Shown here: piece after piece, positions 30,281-40,326 of the stretch | Layout of the letters: the number at the start of each line of letters is the position of its first letter | Position numbering within the stretch: position 1 is the first letter of the stretch | IMG/VR virus record: IMGVR_UViG_3300035670_013228 | Coordinates: 96,001 to 160,000 of that record | DNA length: 64,000 bases | Source of the DNA: a virus | Reading direction: 5' to 3' (one strand) | Made by a program: the position numbers and the translations under genes | The notes under the pieces: generated by a model | Databases searched by the model: none | Seen by the model: the letters and a program-made list of their open reading frames with translations, nothing else | Told to the model about the DNA's origin: nothing

Positions 30281-31252
30281 TTAAAACAAAGCCTCTATGT
30301 CGAACGACAGAGCTTTCTTAGAGTATTCTACGGGGCGAGAATGGAAGAAATCGGTCATATTGTTACCAAGAATCTGTTCGTCGAACCATAATGTTTTTGA
30401 CAACAATTTTTGATCAATATCAAATACAGGTTCGTATCCTATTTGGCTCAACGATTCATTTAGTCTATTTTTGATGAACTCTTTAAGAAGATCAGAATTT
30501 AGATTTTCTTCTACATAACCATTAACAATCCAGTCAATAATTTCGCATTCGTATTTGACCGCTTCCTTGGATTCGTGAATAATTTTATCTTCTAGTTCTT
30601 TATCAAACAGTTCTGGATATTCTTGTTTAATGGTGTTGATTATTTTAATACCTATCATAGCATGAAGATTTTCTTCTCTACTGGTATATTCAACTTGCTT
30701 ATTTGTATCTTTAAGTAAATTCAGAAATCTACCAAAATAACTAATAGTATAAAATTGAGAAAACAATGCTATATTCTCAACGAATAGAGTAAATAGAATA
30801 AGAGAGTAAATAAATTGTTTTTTGTTATCTTGATGGAATTTATGTAAATGCTTACGAAGATAATTAACCCTGCCTTTGATAATATCTAATTCTAAGATTT
30901 TTTCGAAATTATCATCTATGCCCAAAACTTCTAAAAGTCTTTCATAAGCATCGCCATGAATAACTTCCACATGAGCCATTGTATATCCTAAATCATTCAG
31001 AGATGGATGTGGCAGATTGTCTCCTAGTTTGGCCCAAAATTTCTTCACACTGATTTCTAGTTGGCCTATAGTTGATAGTGCTCGAATTATTATTTGTTTT
31101 TGTTGTTCAGTTAAATTAACCCTGAAATCTTGAGTATCACTACTAAAATTAAATTCTCTGTGTGTCCAAAAGCCATTATGCATAGCCTCTATGAAGTCTT
31201 GTGTCCATGGATAATTATCCGGCTTGCGACTAATTTGCTCATCAAAAATCAT
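30281..31252 (-). CDS. nrdB: Class Ia ribonucleotide reductase beta subunit
   Basis: FW, EVIHGDAY, VENIALF, REENLH, DFFHSRPVEY. Confidence 0.95.
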   Translation of the reverse strand: MIFDEQISRKPDNYPWTQDFIEAMHNGFWTHREFNFSSDTQDFRVNLTEQQKQIIIRALSTIGQLEISVKKFWAKLGDNLPHPSLNDLGYTMAHVEVIHGDAYERLLEVLGIDDNFEKILELDIIKGRVNYLRKHLHKFHQDNKKQFIYSLILFTLFVENIALFSQFYTISYFGRFLNLLKDTNKQVEYTSREENLHAMIGIKIINTIKQEYPELFDKELEDKIIHESKEAVKYECEIIDWIVNGYVEENLNSDLLKEFIKNRLNESLSQIGYEPVFDIDQKLLSKTLWFDEQILGNNMTDFFHSRPVEYSKKALSFDIEALF

Positions 31253-31398
31253 AATAAGACTCCGTTATTTTTTTAGTAGTAAAGACATAAACCCCAACAT
31301 GACCAAACTAGCAAATTCTTTATCGACAGGATTAAAAGTTGGGTCAAAATATATTCTTATCGTATGTATTATAGACACAATATAAAATAGGGTAACTA

Positions 31399-31872
31399 TC
31401 ATAATACACCAATACTTTGTTTCATCCAATCAAGATTTGGTTGTATGTAAAAAATTTTTATACCACTCATTTTCACAAATTTATCGAATCTTTCCTTTGC
31501 TTTGTTATCAAACAGAACCGTCCCGTGATTATCTATCATATAGACGGTGTCGATGCCTTCTTGCCATAATGCTATAATACAATCATTGCAACATTGACCG
31601 GTAACATATGCTGTTCCGCCATCTGGTCTTACTACGCAATTACTAAGAGCATTTCTTTCGCTATGTACCATCCAATCGTATTTGTCTGGTCTTTCGGTTG
31701 GTAACTGGGAATCATCCAGACCACGAGGAAAACCATTATATCCCACGCCTAAAATTCTATTTTGCTTATCTGTAATCACACATCCGTGTTGGGTGTGTAT
31801 ATCGTGGCTTCTTTGAGAAACTACTTTGGATAGTCCAAGAAAATAATCTGTCCAGTTTGGTCTGTTTTTCAT
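31399..31872 (-). CDS. dCMP deaminase
   Basis: GYNGFPRG, HSERNAL, CCNDC. Start moved to ATG 31872 (track 31959). Confidence 0.9.
   Translation of the reverse strand: MKNRPNWTDYFLGLSKVVSQRSHDIHTQHGCVITDKQNRILGVGYNGFPRGLDDSQLPTERPDKYDWMVHSERNALSNCVVRPDGGTAYVTGQCCNDCIIALWQEGIDTVYMIDNHGTVLFDNKAKERFDKFVKMSGIKIFYIQPNLDWMKQSIGVL
31404..31410 (-). promoter_or_regulatory. GGTGTAT motif (candidate phage promoter)
   Basis: Overlaps the last codons of the deaminase gene and precedes the AT-rich gap upstream of nrdB. Confidence 0.45.
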
Positions 31873-31916
31873 ATAACATATGATACCGCAGATCACAACT
31901 ATGTCAATAGGATCAT

Positions 31917-32747
31917 TTATATTTTTAAAATTGGTTGGTTCATGAAATGATAATGACAAAGATTACCAATATTAGAATATTGTATATTTTTATGACTACC
32001 GTCTCCTATTTTATAAGCATAAACAGCTTCTATAATTTTTGCTGTATCGTTATCAGACAGTAGATGATATGCTTTGAGATTATTATCTATAATTGTTTTT
32101 GCTAACATACTCTCGCAATCACATCCCTGTATAGCATCCCAAGGATAATAATGTGGGTGTTTCTTTTTTATTTCTTCATAAAGAGTTTTTAATCTAATAA
32201 TTTCAGAATAATCCGGATACCAGTTAGTAATTTTGTTTTTATATATATAGTAGTTAGTTTGTGGATAAAAATAAGATTGGTTTTTTATATTATCAAATAA
32301 TTGTTTTTTGCTAACATTATTAAAAGCAGCATATCCTATATTATTAATATAGAAAAAATCATAGTTATTATCTATAATCACATCAAAAATACTCATATCC
32401 GAAATAATATCATTTGAAAATTTCCAAACATATTTAGTATTTGTTTGTTTAAAATATTCAAATAGAATAAAATCTAGATGCATAGCACCAAAAATAGGTC
32501 CTATGTTTTTATTATATAGGATTTGTATTTTATTTTGATTATATATATTATTTAATTGTTTATTGCAATCGTTTGCTAGTGATTCATCTGATCCATTAAT
32601 ACTTAATACAATTTTATTAAATTTATTAAGCCATGTTTCATTGAAAATAAAATATTGTATAAATTTTACTAAAGATTCTTTGTCACTGATATTTCCAACA
32701 AAACCAACCGACGAATCAGATATTATATTACTTAATTTAATTTGCAT
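31917..32747 (-). CDS. Hypothetical protein in glycan cassette (possibly GT-A-like)
   Basis: ORF; family assigned from context only. Confidence 0.6.
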   Translation of the reverse strand: MQIKLSNIISDSSVGFVGNISDKESLVKFIQYFIFNETWLNKFNKIVLSINGSDESLANDCNKQLNNIYNQNKIQILYNKNIGPIFGAMHLDFILFEYFKQTNTKYVWKFSNDIISDMSIFDVIIDNNYDFFYINNIGYAAFNNVSKKQLFDNIKNQSYFYPQTNYYIYKNKITNWYPDYSEIIRLKTLYEEIKKKHPHYYPWDAIQGCDCESMLAKTIIDNNLKAYHLLSDNDTAKIIEAVYAYKIGDGSHKNIQYSNIGNLCHYHFMNQPILKI

Positions 32748-33516
32748 TGAGACACTTAGAGTTATCTATTGGGTTGTGTTGTGCTAGTCTTCCCCATTTA
32801 TACTTAAAATATAAATGACTATTATATTCATATATTTTAGATTTTTCAATTTGATCAGGCGATTTTGCTGATACTGATACAAAATGATAAAAGTGAAGGC
32901 TATATATTCTTTGCATTTTAAGACCATTCATTTTACATTTCATAAAAAATTCCCAGTCTGCTACAAAACCGCTAGGAGAAGGATAATCTTGATCGAAACC
33001 TCCACATCTTAGAAAATTTATTTTATTCATAAAAATAGGAAATGTTGAACCGGAATCTTCTATAATATTTTTACTGATTCTATCAGAATACTCAAGAAAA
33101 CTATTAAGATCAAAACTTTTAGGATCTCTACCTAAGTCTTTGATGTGAAACTGACTAAATATGCTATTATATGGTTCTATTTGATTCGGACTAATAACGC
33201 TTTGGGATATGTCTATATCAGATAAAATAATATCCCATTTTTTAGGAAAAACATTATCATCATTAACAATTAAGATAGAATCATATTGAGATTCATAAAC
33301 CCCAATATTAGTTGCTTTGCATGTTCCTACATTCTTGTCAAGAATAATAGGATTAATATATTTTTTATATTTGAGTAGTATATCTTTATTAATTTCAAAT
33401 GTTCCGTCAACTACAACAACAATATTATTTATATTATTTTGTGATTCTATAGCAGATTTTATACATAAATCAAGAGCCGTTGGAGTATTATATGTAGGTA
33501 TAATAACACTAATCAT
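32737..33516 (-). CDS. Glycosyltransferase family 2
   Basis: ISVIIPTYN, VVVVDG, NIG, VNDDN, GGFD, DWEF. Confidence 0.9.
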   Translation of the reverse strand: MISVIIPTYNTPTALDLCIKSAIESQNNINNIVVVVDGTFEINKDILLKYKKYINPIILDKNVGTCKATNIGVYESQYDSILIVNDDNVFPKKWDIILSDIDISQSVISPNQIEPYNSIFSQFHIKDLGRDPKSFDLNSFLEYSDRISKNIIEDSGSTFPIFMNKINFLRCGGFDQDYPSPSGFVADWEFFMKCKMNGLKMQRIYSLHFYHFVSVSAKSPDQIEKSKIYEYNSHLYFKYKWGRLAQHNPIDNSKCLNAN

Positions 33517-34147
33517 AGAAATTATAATATTCTCCTATTTTAAATTTGGATTTCATGTTGATAGATCCGTGTTCACTAGGAATATAATTCTTATATTCTA
33601 TTACTCTAAAATCGATACTAACTCTTGTTTTACCAGTTGTATTTATTTTGTTTCCATGTAAAAGATTTGGCCCGTCCCACTGTATAAATTCACCATATTT
33701 ACAAATCATTGGACTAAAATCATTTTTATCTTCAGAAGATTCTACCCATATGGTATTAGTATCAAAAGCATCTGTAAAAGGCAGGAAAAAATTTAATTCT
33801 TTAACTTTTGCTGCCCAATCGCCATTTCTATACCACTTATCTTTATGGAATTCTCCAACAGCTATATTATTAGGATAACAAATGCGAAAAGTGGGGATTT
33901 TTTGAATAACAATTGAGTTCTCATATAGTGGCCTAATATATTGCTTAATAAATAAATCATACATAGAGGTAAAATCACCAGTCCTGCTCCATTCATAAAA
34001 TAATTTATGATGAGGTGTACTTTGATCATTTTCTCTTTTCAGCAGATCAATATCGCTATTGATAGTTGCTAAATCAGCAACATTGAAAATTTTAGCTAGA
34101 CTTGAAGCAAAGTTAAATTCATTTGTATTATACATATATTTATACAT
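33509..34147 (-). CDS. Fe(II)/2-oxoglutarate dioxygenase (StrG/phytanoyl-CoA hydroxylase-like)
   Basis: QKIPTFR, FHKD (HxD), LLHGN, RVSIDFR. Confidence 0.75.
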   Translation of the reverse strand: MYKYMYNTNEFNFASSLAKIFNVADLATINSDIDLLKRENDQSTPHHKLFYEWSRTGDFTSMYDLFIKQYIRPLYENSIVIQKIPTFRICYPNNIAVGEFHKDKWYRNGDWAAKVKELNFFLPFTDAFDTNTIWVESSEDKNDFSPMICKYGEFIQWDGPNLLHGNKINTTGKTRVSIDFRVIEYKNYIPSEHGSINMKSKFKIGEYYNFYD

Positions 34148-34832
34148 AATTGTTCCAGTTAATTAATGGTGATAAGTATTGTGTTTCTCCGTGCGTAGAA
34201 TATCCCGGGATAGGCGAAATTAAAAATTTTTGGTTTTTTGCTAGTTCTAAAAACATTTGAAAGTCATTAGGATGCGTACCACTTGTCCATTTTCTCAAAA
34301 TATATTCATCTTGCTTTAGCGTTTTAACGGTGGTTGCAAAGGTCATGGTAGTAGAATTGGTAATTTTCCAATGACACGATTGAGATAAATAGACTCTGGT
34401 GTTTTCCGCCCCACCACTACAAAAAGGATTGCCTCCATTAGAAGGATCTATATATTTATCTGGATGGTCATATAGTGTAATATAAGGAAATCCTATTGTA
34501 AATCCTTCTAATAAAATATTAGAACTTCTAGTTCTATGAAGATAATCGTTTTCAACAAAATAGATATATTCTTCGTCATCTAATAATAATGCTCTATCTA
34601 GAGCTAAATTAAATGTTCCTGCTCCATGACCCACTGCAACTTTTTCGATTTGATCTTTTTTAACATATTCATTAATCATTTTATATGTATTATCGCTTAC
34701 ATTGTCTGCAATGATGTTGATGTCAGATGGATCAAAATGTTGACAAAAATTATGTAAACAATTTTTATTATTGATATAAGATGGTTTGTTTTTTGGATAT
34801 CCAGTATCACTAATCCTATAGAAAATTTTCAT
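34140..34832 (-). CDS. GT-A glycosyltransferase-like protein
   Basis: YFVENDYLH, LYDHPDKY, PIPGYSTH. Start at ATG 34832 (track 34865). Confidence 0.7.
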   Translation of the reverse strand: MKIFYRISDTGYPKNKPSYINNKNCLHNFCQHFDPSDINIIADNVSDNTYKMINEYVKKDQIEKVAVGHGAGTFNLALDRALLLDDEEYIYFVENDYLHRTRSSNILLEGFTIGFPYITLYDHPDKYIDPSNGGNPFCSGGAENTRVYLSQSCHWKITNSTTMTFATTVKTLKQDEYILRKWTSGTHPNDFQMFLELAKNQKFLISPIPGYSTHGETQYLSPLINWNNYV

Positions 34833-35407
34833 AAAGCTTTTAGTCCATAAAAATATAAGTCGCAATGAGGCTCGGGATTATAGAAGAATTGGTAAGAAGC
34901 AAAGATTTTATCTATGTCTAGAACAGATCTAATATCATATTCTGTTATATTTCTGTAATAGTTCATCCAGTCTCCCTCTTCTATATTCGCTGTTAAGGGA
35001 GAAGAGAAGGCATCTTTGCCTTCGGACCTAACTGTGCCGTGTTCGGGCCTGCCTGTGGAAGCGCATGTAATAAGCATTAATTTACCTGGTTTCAGTAAAT
35101 CTACCATACGTTGTATAGATTTTTCCCAAAACATATCGTGCTCAAGAGCCTCTGTGCTTATAACAATATCATAAGTTTGGTCGCTTTGAAACTCATGAGT
35201 TTTTGATACTATATCAACATTATTTCCTGGACCAATATCAACACCAGTATAGTTATAATTAAAGAATAAAAAACGATTATTTCCATTGATATCTTGAGAT
35301 CCAAAGTCTATGACATTAATTTTATCAGATAGAGATTTTCCTATAAAATAAGATAAGAAATGCCTTCTAACATTAATTAAAAATTCTTGTTGAGCATAGT
35401 GAGCCAT
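34829..35407 (-). CDS. Class I SAM-dependent methyltransferase
   Basis: VIDFGSQDING, GVDIGPGNNVD, ISTEALEHD. Confidence 0.85.
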   Translation of the reverse strand: MAHYAQQEFLINVRRHFLSYFIGKSLSDKINVIDFGSQDINGNNRFLFFNYNYTGVDIGPGNNVDIVSKTHEFQSDQTYDIVISTEALEHDMFWEKSIQRMVDLLKPGKLMLITCASTGRPEHGTVRSEGKDAFSSPLTANIEEGDWMNYYRNITEYDIRSVLDIDKIFASYQFFYNPEPHCDLYFYGLKAL

Positions 35408-35447
35408 ATTAAATTTTTATTTTTCAGTTTAAGGTATGTATAGGTGA

Positions 35448-36146
35448 TTATTCTTTTATAATATAGCATCCTGCCGGTAAGCCTGAGTTATCATTGGTGT
35501 GTTTTTTATTAATGTCTAAAGGCTGATCGGTTACCGGATGGTTAATGAATTCAGGAATATTTCTTTGCCCGAAGAATGTTTTAATAGCGTCCAAAGTTTC
35601 ATATAGACACGAATCATCAAATATAATATATCCTCCACATTGAACTTTATCATATAATTCTTCTAAGGTTTCTAATGTGGCAGAATAGGCGTCTACATCT
35701 ATTCTTAGTAAAGCTATCTTTTTGATTCCGGAGGTGGGTAAAGTGTCTTTAACAAATCCTTTTAAAAATTTGATTCGATCTTGATTGCCCAAACCATAAT
35801 TTTCAAAATTAGTTTTAACTTGCTCTAAACTAATAGCCAATGGACCCACAGCATTATGTGTAAAGTTAGGAGTATGTCTTTCTTTGTCATACTTATGTTT
35901 TGCTGTTGCTAAGGGCTGGAATCCTTCGTATGAATCACATACCCAAATAGTTTTGTTTTCAAATACACGACTTAGAAATATGGAAAATCCGCCCCTCCAG
36001 ACGCCGCATTCAACTATGTCTCCTTCAACTTCGGATATTTTGGAATAATGTTTGAATATTGTTTTAAATTCATCTGGACGAACCATAGTAATTTTTTTAT
36101 TGATCAGATCCTTAGCTAGATCTTCGTATTCTTTAATTGTTTTCAT
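35448..36146 (-). CDS. TylF/MycF-family O-methyltransferase
   Basis: GDIVECGVWRGG, DSYEG, LRIDVDAY, GGYIIFDD. Confidence 0.9.
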   Translation of the reverse strand: MKTIKEYEDLAKDLINKKITMVRPDEFKTIFKHYSKISEVEGDIVECGVWRGGFSIFLSRVFENKTIWVCDSYEGFQPLATAKHKYDKERHTPNFTHNAVGPLAISLEQVKTNFENYGLGNQDRIKFLKGFVKDTLPTSGIKKIALLRIDVDAYSATLETLEELYDKVQCGGYIIFDDSCLYETLDAIKTFFGQRNIPEFINHPVTDQPLDINKKHTNDNSGLPAGCYIIKE

Positions 36147-36176
36147 ATTTTACTCGACTATATTGTTTATATTTAT

Positions 36177-36782
36177 CTATAGAATTTGTTTTGTAAAAAG
36201 AATATCAAAACCACTATTTTGTTTTATTGTATAGTTGTGTGATGTTAAATAAGATATTGTTTGTTCAAGTTTTCTACCTTTAGAAAAAGGGCCGTCGCTA
36301 TGAACCTGTTCAAAGAATATATTATTAATATCTAAATTGTCAAAATTTATAGACAATAATATATCGCAATCATGTCCTTCTGTGTCTATATATAGATAAT
36401 CTATAATGCCTTTTATATTAAACTTATCTATAAAATCATTTAAGGTATAGCAGTCGGCCTCGATTTTCTCTATATTGTTCTGGTGTCCGTGGGCTAATAA
36501 GTGATCATAACTAATAGAGCAATGTTCATCTAAATTATTGGGATTGCGTATATTTTTTTGACAGTATAGAGGTATTTTACCAGTAAATGTTGAAATAGCA
36601 CATTTATAAAAAATAACTTGATTAATAGCGGCGATATTTTTATAGTTTATTTGTAACTTGGCAAAATTATTATCTAGAGGTTCTATCAGATGAATTGTAG
36701 TATTCGCTAATGGTCTGGTGAGAGATTCAGTAACATGATCTTTTCCACCACAAGCACCTATTTGTATTATGTGTTTTTCCAT
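36177..36782 (-). CDS. FkbM-family methyltransferase
   Basis: IQIGACGG, LIEP, LYIDTEGHD, IFFEQVH. Confidence 0.85.
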   Translation of the reverse strand: MEKHIIQIGACGGKDHVTESLTRPLANTTIHLIEPLDNNFAKLQINYKNIAAINQVIFYKCAISTFTGKIPLYCQKNIRNPNNLDEHCSISYDHLLAHGHQNNIEKIEADCYTLNDFIDKFNIKGIIDYLYIDTEGHDCDILLSINFDNLDINNIFFEQVHSDGPFSKGRKLEQTISYLTSHNYTIKQNSGFDILFTKQIL

Positions 36783-36793
36783 ATCAAAAATGA

Positions 36794-37426
36794 TTATATA
36801 TGTTTATAAAATTCGTTTTGTTGTCTTTGTTTTTCTATAGTTTTATGATGTATAATAGATAGATTCGGCTCACTCGGCAAGATCGCGGAACTTCTATGAT
36901 TTACAAGTTGTTCATGTACATCTCCGCGCCATTCTATTCCACAGTTGTTTTTGTATATTCTTGGTTGATAGTCGGGCCAATTTACCCACCCGTGTTGATT
37001 TATTGACCAATTATATTTTTTAATATCCTCGATAGTATAATTATCAACAGTATTAATTCTAGGTACAAAAAATAAATCATTATTATTATTTTGTTGTATA
37101 ATAGTTTTCCATAATTGTAGTGTTTGACTATAGATCATCTCATCTGCATCTAGATTTATAATAAAATTTTTTGTTGCTAAATTATTTAAAGTGTTTTTCA
37201 TACTAGAAAAATTATTTTGAAAATGAAAATTTTTATATATATGACTATATTTTTTACAAATATTTTGTATGTCTAAGAACCATTGTTCGTATTGTTCTTC
37301 TGGATTTCTATATGTATGAAGTACAATTATTTCATCTTCAATTGTTATCTCTTTAAATAAAAAAGATAAAAGTTTTTCTATTTCTAATATTTCATTATAA
37401 ACACTAATAGTATAAGATATGTTCAT
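36794..37426 (-). CDS. Glycosyltransferase family 2
   Basis: NLDADE, VPRIN, WPDYQPRIY, VHE, IIHHK. Confidence 0.85.
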   Translation of the reverse strand: MNISYTISVYNEILEIEKLLSFLFKEITIEDEIIVLHTYRNPEEQYEQWFLDIQNICKKYSHIYKNFHFQNNFSSMKNTLNNLATKNFIINLDADEMIYSQTLQLWKTIIQQNNNNDLFFVPRINTVDNYTIEDIKKYNWSINQHGWVNWPDYQPRIYKNNCGIEWRGDVHEQLVNHRSSAILPSEPNLSIIHHKTIEKQRQQNEFYKHI

Positions 37427-38532
37427 ATATTTGTTATAGTTCCATTATTAATAGTATTTTCATTTGCTATAAATCTTCCTCTAATAGAACCGTAGTTGAT
37501 TCCATTTTTTAAAGTAATTCTTTCTCCAACAACAGTACCATAATTAATAAAATTATCTAAGAGAATATTAGGACTAACAATGCTACAAGAAGGAGTAAGT
37601 ACTGTGCTATTATCTTCGTTATCAGCTCCTTCTATTCGTATAGAGTCTGATGGTCCAAGATATTGATTTATTCTGGATCTACCGTCATAAGGTAAATTAT
37701 TTTGATCATTAGATAACGATCCCTGCATCTCAATAACCATTCTTTGTGTTTTTGTTGCTTGTAATCCATTAATAACGTATGCGTTAACTATATTTATTTC
37801 TGGACTATCAATTAATCCTATAATATTTTGTGAATTAGAAATATTGGCTGTTTTATCAGCTATTACTGATAAATCAAATAAGTTAAAATTATTAATGTTA
37901 ACTATATTACCAGAAATCAAGGTATTCTTAAAATCATCGTTATCTCCGTCGTTTAGGGTGATAGTCTTTGTAGATCTTATAGATGAATTTAAAAAAACAG
38001 AATTATTAATTTCTATATTGCCAACAAAAATATTTGTATCGGATAAGTTTACAGTATTAAATAATGATGTATTATTTATATCTTTTTTAGATTGATTAAG
38101 ACTATTAATACTTCCACTAATATTTGTTAGTGTTGTATTTTTATTAACGCTAATACTAAATGGTTTAATATAGCATGGTCCACTTATGGTGAGTGTATCA
38201 CAAGATATTAAGGCTGTAGAAAAACGAGTTTCATCAGCTGGAGATACTATATTTAGTGTTGTGGATGTATTACATATAAGTTGAGCTATTCGGTTTGATG
38301 ATCCAGACTTTAAATTTATGGTAAAAGTACCATTAGGGGGTTGATTAACAGTTAAAGAAGCTATCTCATCCAAACAGTTTAAAGAATTCATATTTAGAGT
38401 AAGATTATTGGCGCTTGGTAAATCTGCTAGTAAACAAACAAAATCTTGGTTTCTTCTTGATATAATTTTAGCTGGTTTTGTGGTAATAACATCTGTCCAG
38501 AGATTAGAAATATCGCATAAAGATAAATTCAT
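37423..38532 (-). CDS. Asn/Ile-rich hypothetical protein (possible beta-solenoid)
   Basis: Repetitive NxxI/L pattern; no family recognised. Confidence 0.65.
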   Translation of the reverse strand: MNLSLCDISNLWTDVITTKPAKIISRRNQDFVCLLADLPSANNLTLNMNSLNCLDEIASLTVNQPPNGTFTINLKSGSSNRIAQLICNTSTTLNIVSPADETRFSTALISCDTLTISGPCYIKPFSISVNKNTTLTNISGSINSLNQSKKDINNTSLFNTVNLSDTNIFVGNIEINNSVFLNSSIRSTKTITLNDGDNDDFKNTLISGNIVNINNFNLFDLSVIADKTANISNSQNIIGLIDSPEINIVNAYVINGLQATKTQRMVIEMQGSLSNDQNNLPYDGRSRINQYLGPSDSIRIEGADNEDNSTVLTPSCSIVSPNILLDNFINYGTVVGERITLKNGINYGSIRGRFIANENTINNGTITNI

Positions 38533-40322
38533 GTTGGTGGTGGCCTATAATAAAGTTTTTGCTCTTTTAAAATATCTTTAATAGATTCTACAGGATAATA
38601 TTTTTCATGATCTAGATCTTGTTTTGGAAATCCCTCAGACAAAGAGATAGCGAATAGAAATCCAAATGCAGATTGATATTTTCTACAATCATAGGGATCG
38701 CACCTTCCAACAGAATCCGCTCCACAATTACTACATCCAGCAAAGTCATGAGTAGGAAAATAAGAAATCATACATCTAAGATGGCTTTCTGTAACTAAAA
38801 AAGCTCCTGTGGGTAATTCTCCCCATTCCGGATGACCGCCACTATTCCACTCTCCAAAAGGACATTGTAACACATATACACACTCATTATATAATGTTTT
38901 TGTGTCGTCGTAACCTATAATACTATAGGTTTGATAAAAAATACGATCCGGATACGATACGCCCGTAGAATCTCTAGTATCTGGGAATCCTACATTAGTC
39001 AATAATAATACTCCATATCCATTCCACAATAGATCTTTTACTCTTTTTAACATCCATTCGGAGTCTGTTGTTACATTAGCATAACTATCTACACTTGCTT
39101 TAAGAATCAGAGAAATAGTTTTAGCTTTATAAATGAACAAATAAGGAAATTCTTGTAATTCGAGAACTCGATTTTTTAGAAATGTATCTTCAAACATTAT
39201 TGGTAAATTATATGCAGAACATTGACTTGTAAAATCGGCATATCCATCATAACAAGCTCTTTCTAAGAGTCCGACTTGTTTTAATCTATCTCCAACTCTA
39301 CCATTAGCAAAGGTACCATCAAAAATTCCATCATCAGATTTTACCCATAAAGAAAAATCTATTAATCTATTACTTAGTGCTTTACTTTTATTTTTGAGTG
39401 TTGTGCTTAAGGATCTAGCTGCCGATCCGGTTACTCCCTCGGCTTTTAAAACACCTTTTTCTATTACATCAAATAAGCCGGATTTTTCTGATAATGTTAT
39501 CATTACGGTGGTATTACAACATTCATTAGCATAATATATAGTCCCTTCTTTGCAACATGGATGATTTGGATCTATTGGTTCTCCATTTTCTTTTTTTGGA
39601 CATTCTGAACAACTGGCACATTGTGGATTTTCGGCATTAGGAGGAATACAAGTATGACTTGCTCCCGCAACTCCTTTTGGAGTAGTTGGAAAACATAACA
39701 TACCCACATCATTTTCGGCAGCTTCCTCTAGAATGGATCCGTCCTGATCATCGGATGATGCTCCAGATATATCATATGGCTCATTACTTTTTACCTTATA
39801 TCCTGGGGCTCTATAAAATTCTGCTACTACAGGATCTACTAGATCTGGACCGCACATCATTAAACAATCTGGTAAAGAATTATGAGCAAAATATTCTAAA
39901 TATTCTGTAGCCATTCTAGCATACCAGTGATTTTGCAAATTATTTGCTATTAAATAACAAGCTCTTGATAAATCACATGTATTTCTTACAGAATGAGATG
40001 TTCCCGCCCTAACATTGGGTTGTCTCTCTTTGTATGCTTCTATATCCATAGATTGTAAAAATCTAAAAGATAAACATAATTTATACTGCCCAGTATCTAG
40101 TATTTCGTCTATATGTGGAGCACTTTCGAAACAAGGATATTTTACATGTTTAAAAAATTTGGTTATTCTAAGCCAATTAATAGGGGTCCCAGCTCCGACA
40201 TCATAAAATGGTCCAAGAGGATCGTATACATCATCAAAACTTAACTGACTGTACGGAGATCCTAAATATCTTGTGCAAGGATCGTTGGAATATTTTTCGT
40301 ATAATTCTTTTGGAGTTAGCAT
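38529..40322 (-). CDS. Degenerate papain-like (C1) peptidase paralogue with Cys-rich insert
   Basis: Shares ERQ...SHS.RN..D..RA and WNSGGHPEW motifs with 43376..45322 but lacks the catalytic residues. Start at ATG 40322 (track 40394). Confidence 0.7.
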   Translation of the reverse strand: MLTPKELYEKYSNDPCTRYLGSPYSQLSFDDVYDPLGPFYDVGAGTPINWLRITKFFKHVKYPCFESAPHIDEILDTGQYKLCLSFRFLQSMDIEAYKERQPNVRAGTSHSVRNTCDLSRACYLIANNLQNHWYARMATEYLEYFAHNSLPDCLMMCGPDLVDPVVAEFYRAPGYKVKSNEPYDISGASSDDQDGSILEEAAENDVGMLCFPTTPKGVAGASHTCIPPNAENPQCASCSECPKKENGEPIDPNHPCCKEGTIYYANECCNTTVMITLSEKSGLFDVIEKGVLKAEGVTGSAARSLSTTLKNKSKALSNRLIDFSLWVKSDDGIFDGTFANGRVGDRLKQVGLLERACYDGYADFTSQCSAYNLPIMFEDTFLKNRVLELQEFPYLFIYKAKTISLILKASVDSYANVTTDSEWMLKRVKDLLWNGYGVLLLTNVGFPDTRDSTGVSYPDRIFYQTYSIIGYDDTKTLYNECVYVLQCPFGEWNSGGHPEWGELPTGAFLVTESHLRCMISYFPTHDFAGCSNCGADSVGRCDPYDCRKYQSAFGFLFAISLSEGFPKQDLDHEKYYPVESIKDILKEQKLYYRPPPT

Positions 40323-40326
40323 AAGA

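Noticed and set aside
28599-31252. Introns or inteins in nrdA/nrdB
   Set aside because: Both ORFs are continuous and of ordinary length.
31265-31378. 37-codon GTG-started ORF upstream of nrdB
   Set aside because: It fills the gap but has no clear RBS or recognisable motif, so it cannot be supported.
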